Shown here piece by piece: positions 61,571-64,000 of a stretch of DNA of 64,000 nt (positions are counted from its first letter, which is position 1; every line of letters starts with the position of its first letter). Location: assembly GCA_002452295.1 (NCBI GenBank), contig DKEX01000081.1:1329-65328 (forward strand), written 5' to 3'. Source of the stretch: Firmicutes bacterium UBA6811 (GTDB taxonomy: Bacteria; Bacillota; SHA-98; UBA4971). Made by a program: the position numbers and the translations under genes. The notes below the pieces were generated by a model. The model was given only the letters and a program-made list of their open reading frames with translations, was not told the DNA's origin and searched no databases.

Positions 61571-63334
61571 TCAAACGCCGCCGTTGCCCGTTCCTGCCTG
61601 AAGGCCGGCCGCGCCGGCCGGGCCTGGCCCGCCTCCTGCCGTGTCTCGAGGCTTCGCCCGGGCGTACGTGCGAAAGACCTTCCCTATCTCGACCTTCACT
61701 CTCTTGCCGACGAGCTTCCCAGCACCGTCGATGTCCACGATATACCCGTCGATACGGGTGATCCCGTTGGTCGGGTTCGATGCATGGGGCTCCTGCACCT
61801 CGACCTCGAGGATGTCCCCCACGCTCACAGGCAGCGCGCGCTTCTCCACCTCATCTCTCGTTCCTGTGGCCACCACGTCCATGTCCTCGATATGCAGCGC
61901 CGGGTTGCCTTTGACATAGATGACCTTGCCCGTCTCCTGCTCGATCCGTGAGAGGTTGCTCCCGCCCTGGCCTATGAGGAGCGCCGCCACGCTCGGGTGC
62001 AGCGACACAAGCATCGCCTCCTCGGCCTGCCTTGCCGCCATGCGCCTTATCTCCTTTTCCGCGCGCAGGGCAAGGGTCTCCTCCGAGAGCACGCGGCCGC
62101 GCCCGTCGCAGTACGGGCACGGACGCGAGAGCACGTCCTCCAGGCCGGGGCGGGTCTTCTTCCGCGTCATCTCGAGGAGGCCGAGGTGGGTGAACCCCAG
62201 CACAGTGGCGCGGGTCTTGTCCTTGCGAAGCTCCTCTTCGAGCCGCCTTATGACCTGCTGGCGCGCGTCCTCGGAGTCCATGTCGATGAAGTCGATGATG
62301 ATGATGCCCCCGATGTTCCTCAGCCTGAGCTGGTGGGCGATCTCGCTCGCGGCGTCCAGGTTCGTCTTCAGCACCGTGTCCTGCAAGTTGGTGGTGCCGA
62401 TAAACCGGCCCGTGTTCACGTCGATGCTCGTGAGAGCCTCCGTGTGGTCGAACACCAGGTACCCGCCGCACGAAAGCCACACCCTGTGCCGCAGCGCCTT
62501 CTCGATCTCATCCTCGATGCCGTAGCGATCGAAGATGGGTCCGTCTCCGGCGTAGTACTTGAGCTTGCCCTTGAGCTGGGGGGACATGATGTTCAAGAGG
62601 TCCCTTGCCTTCTCAAACTCGTGGGAGTCATCCACGGTGAACTGGTCCACGTCTTCAGAGAACAGGTCCCTCATTATGCGGTAGATGAGGTCATAGTCGC
62701 GGTGTAAGAGGGCCGGCGCCGGGGTGCGCCGGGCCCTGGTCTTGATGCGCCGCCATAGCTTCACGAGGAACGCGATCTCCTGCGATATCTCCTTCTCATC
62801 CTTCCCCTCGGCGGCTGTGCGGACGATGACCCCGCACCCCCGGGGCTTGGCCCTTGCGGTGGTCTTCTTCAGCCGCACGCGCTCCTCGTCGTTGGAGATT
62901 CGCCTCGACACCCCGATGTAGTCCACGGTGGGCATGAGCACGACGTATCGCCCTGGAAGCGTAACCTGGGTTACCACCCGTGCCCCTTTCGTCCCGATGG
63001 GCTCTTTCGTGATCTGGACGATTATCTGTTGGCCTTCCTTCAGGATGTCCTTTATTGACAGCGCCTTCACGTCATCCACGTCGAGGTCGTCGAACTGCCC
63101 TTCCCTCGCCTTGAGCGCGTCATCCACATACAGGAAGGCGTTGCGTTCGAGCCCCACGTCAACGAAGGCCGCCTGCATGCCGGGGAGCACGTTCTCCACG
63201 CGGCCCTTGTATATGTTCCCCACATATCTCTGGTGCGCCTGTCTCTCGATCTGGATCTCTACCAGGTGACCATCCTCTATCACAGCGGCCCGGGTCTCGC
63301 CCGGCCGCGCGTTCACCACTATTTCCTTGGACAT
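61571..63334 (-). CDS. rng: Ribonuclease G/E family endoribonuclease (Rng/CafA-like)
   Basis: An S1 domain, VGNIYKGRVENVLPGMQAAFVDVG, and the RNase E/G catalytic core, GGIIIIDFIDM. 587 aa, with no long scaffold tail. Confidence 0.85.
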   Translation of the reverse strand: MSKEIVVNARPGETRAAVIEDGHLVEIQIERQAHQRYVGNIYKGRVENVLPGMQAAFVDVGLERNAFLYVDDALKAREGQFDDLDVDDVKALSIKDILKEGQQIIVQITKEPIGTKGARVVTQVTLPGRYVVLMPTVDYIGVSRRISNDEERVRLKKTTARAKPRGCGVIVRTAAEGKDEKEISQEIAFLVKLWRRIKTRARRTPAPALLHRDYDLIYRIMRDLFSEDVDQFTVDDSHEFEKARDLLNIMSPQLKGKLKYYAGDGPIFDRYGIEDEIEKALRHRVWLSCGGYLVFDHTEALTSIDVNTGRFIGTTNLQDTVLKTNLDAASEIAHQLRLRNIGGIIIIDFIDMDSEDARQQVIRRLEEELRKDKTRATVLGFTHLGLLEMTRKKTRPGLEDVLSRPCPYCDGRGRVLSEETLALRAEKEIRRMAARQAEEAMLVSLHPSVAALLIGQGGSNLSRIEQETGKVIYVKGNPALHIEDMDVVATGTRDEVEKRALPVSVGDILEVEVQEPHASNPTNGITRIDGYIVDIDGAGKLVGKRVKVEIGKVFRTYARAKPRDTAGGGPGPAGAAGLQAGTGNGGV

Positions 63335-63407
63335 TCGTTTTCACTCCTCAAAATAAGTCCCCTGTGGGGAAACCTGGGGCCTGGCACTCGCTCCTCCGCC
63401 GGGCCGC

Positions 63408-64000
63408 TCAGGAGAGAGGGTATAGCCTGCCGTCTCTCTCCACATAAAGCTCCTTCCGCGCGATCCTCGCGGGGCGCGCCTCCGGCGGCAGGCCTGCCCG
63501 CATCGCGATAGCCCGCGCCACGTCGTGGGGCCGCGCGTGTCCCCCGCGCCCGGCGGCGACCAGCATATAAACGCAAGCAACGCCGTCACCAGGCTCGAGG
63601 CGAAGATCGTAAACCAGGGGTCTCAGGTTCAACTCCCTCACGCCCTTGGGCGTTACACGTGAAACCAACACCGTATCTGCCTGCACCAGCCCCCGGATGG
63701 CGCCTTCGATGGCTTCCGGCCCCCCGCCGATGTCGTCCAGGCGAAAGTCAACCTCATACGACGCGGCGCGGACCACCGAATCGGGCGCCGGCCCGCCGGG
63801 AGGCAGCATGACACACGAAACGAGGTCGATCCCCGGTGGCAACACGCCCTCGAGGCTCCTTGCGACATCATCCGCGCCGGGGCTCGCCCGAAGGTCAACG
63901 TCAACGATCTCGCACTCGCTCTCCACCCCGACGGGCAGCGCCGGTGAAAATGACATCCGCGGGTGCGGGTGGAATCCCTCTGTGAGCGCCACCGGCAGGC
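63408..64000 (-). CDS. TIGR03936/DUF2344-like protein, N-terminal part beyond the window edge
   Basis: Its position immediately upstream of rng matches the clostridial radical-SAM-associated gene arrangement. The ORF runs to within 8 nt of the window end, so its true start is probably outside the window. The family call is from memory of the synteny and is weak. Confidence 0.45.
   Translation of the reverse strand, partial: LPVALTEGFHPHPRMSFSPALPVGVESECEIVDVDLRASPGADDVARSLEGVLPPGIDLVSCVMLPPGGPAPDSVVRAASYEVDFRLDDIGGGPEAIEGAIRGLVQADTVLVSRVTPKGVRELNLRPLVYDLRLEPGDGVACVYMLVAAGRGGHARPHDVARAIAMRAGLPPEARPARIARKELYVERDGRLYPLS

Overview
This 64 kb window is a dense, mostly minus-strand block of core housekeeping and sporulation-associated genes from a high-GC (about 68%) Firmicute-like chromosome. 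The gene order is Bacillus-like and includes sporulation genes, which is consistent with a Symbiobacterium-like organism, but I cannot confirm the organism from sequence alone.

What I can support, from start to end:
- An RqcH/NFACT gene that runs off the 5' edge of the window.
- A Ca-type P-type ATPase.
- A low-GC HEPN/MNT toxin-antitoxin cassette.
- purB.
- A compact pyr operon (pyrR-pyrB-pyrC-pyrK-pyrD-pyrF-pyrE) with two recognisable PyrR-binding attenuators. pyrP and carAB are absent.
- secDF, yajC, tgt and queA.
- cdd, then two tandem DUF881 genes with a divergent NlpC/P60 endopeptidase gene.
- The dgkA-ybeY-pgpH-phoH-yqfD-yqfC-yqfB-floA-nfeD block.
- rpsU, a HIT protein gene, mtaB and rsmE.
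- The heat-shock operon hrcA-(thermosome-like group II chaperonin)-grpE-dnaK-dnaJ, with a perfect CIRCE operator upstream.
- spoIIP, gpr and rpsT.
- holA.
- A sugar ABC importer operon that carries a secreted PHP-domain protein.
- comEA and comEC.
- tRNA-Ala(GGC).
- rsfS, an RRM RNA-binding protein gene with a long leader, nadD, obg, rplU, rpmA and rng.
- A partial TIGR03936-like gene at the 3' edge.

Several consensus sigma-A promoters, intrinsic-terminator-like hairpins and regulatory motifs can be read directly from the sequence.

The features most worth a second look are:
- the bacterial group II chaperonin inside the CIRCE-controlled dnaK operon;
- the low-GC HEPN/MNT module;
- the secreted PHP/DUF4350-like protein embedded in the ABC operon;
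- the RRM gene with a roughly 320 nt leader in the place where yqeK usually sits;
- a conserved-looking pair of small ORFs of unknown function.

I found no CRISPR array, transposase or prophage signature. Most of the arginine/proline-rich ORFs in the six-frame track are antisense or frame artefacts of the high GC content.
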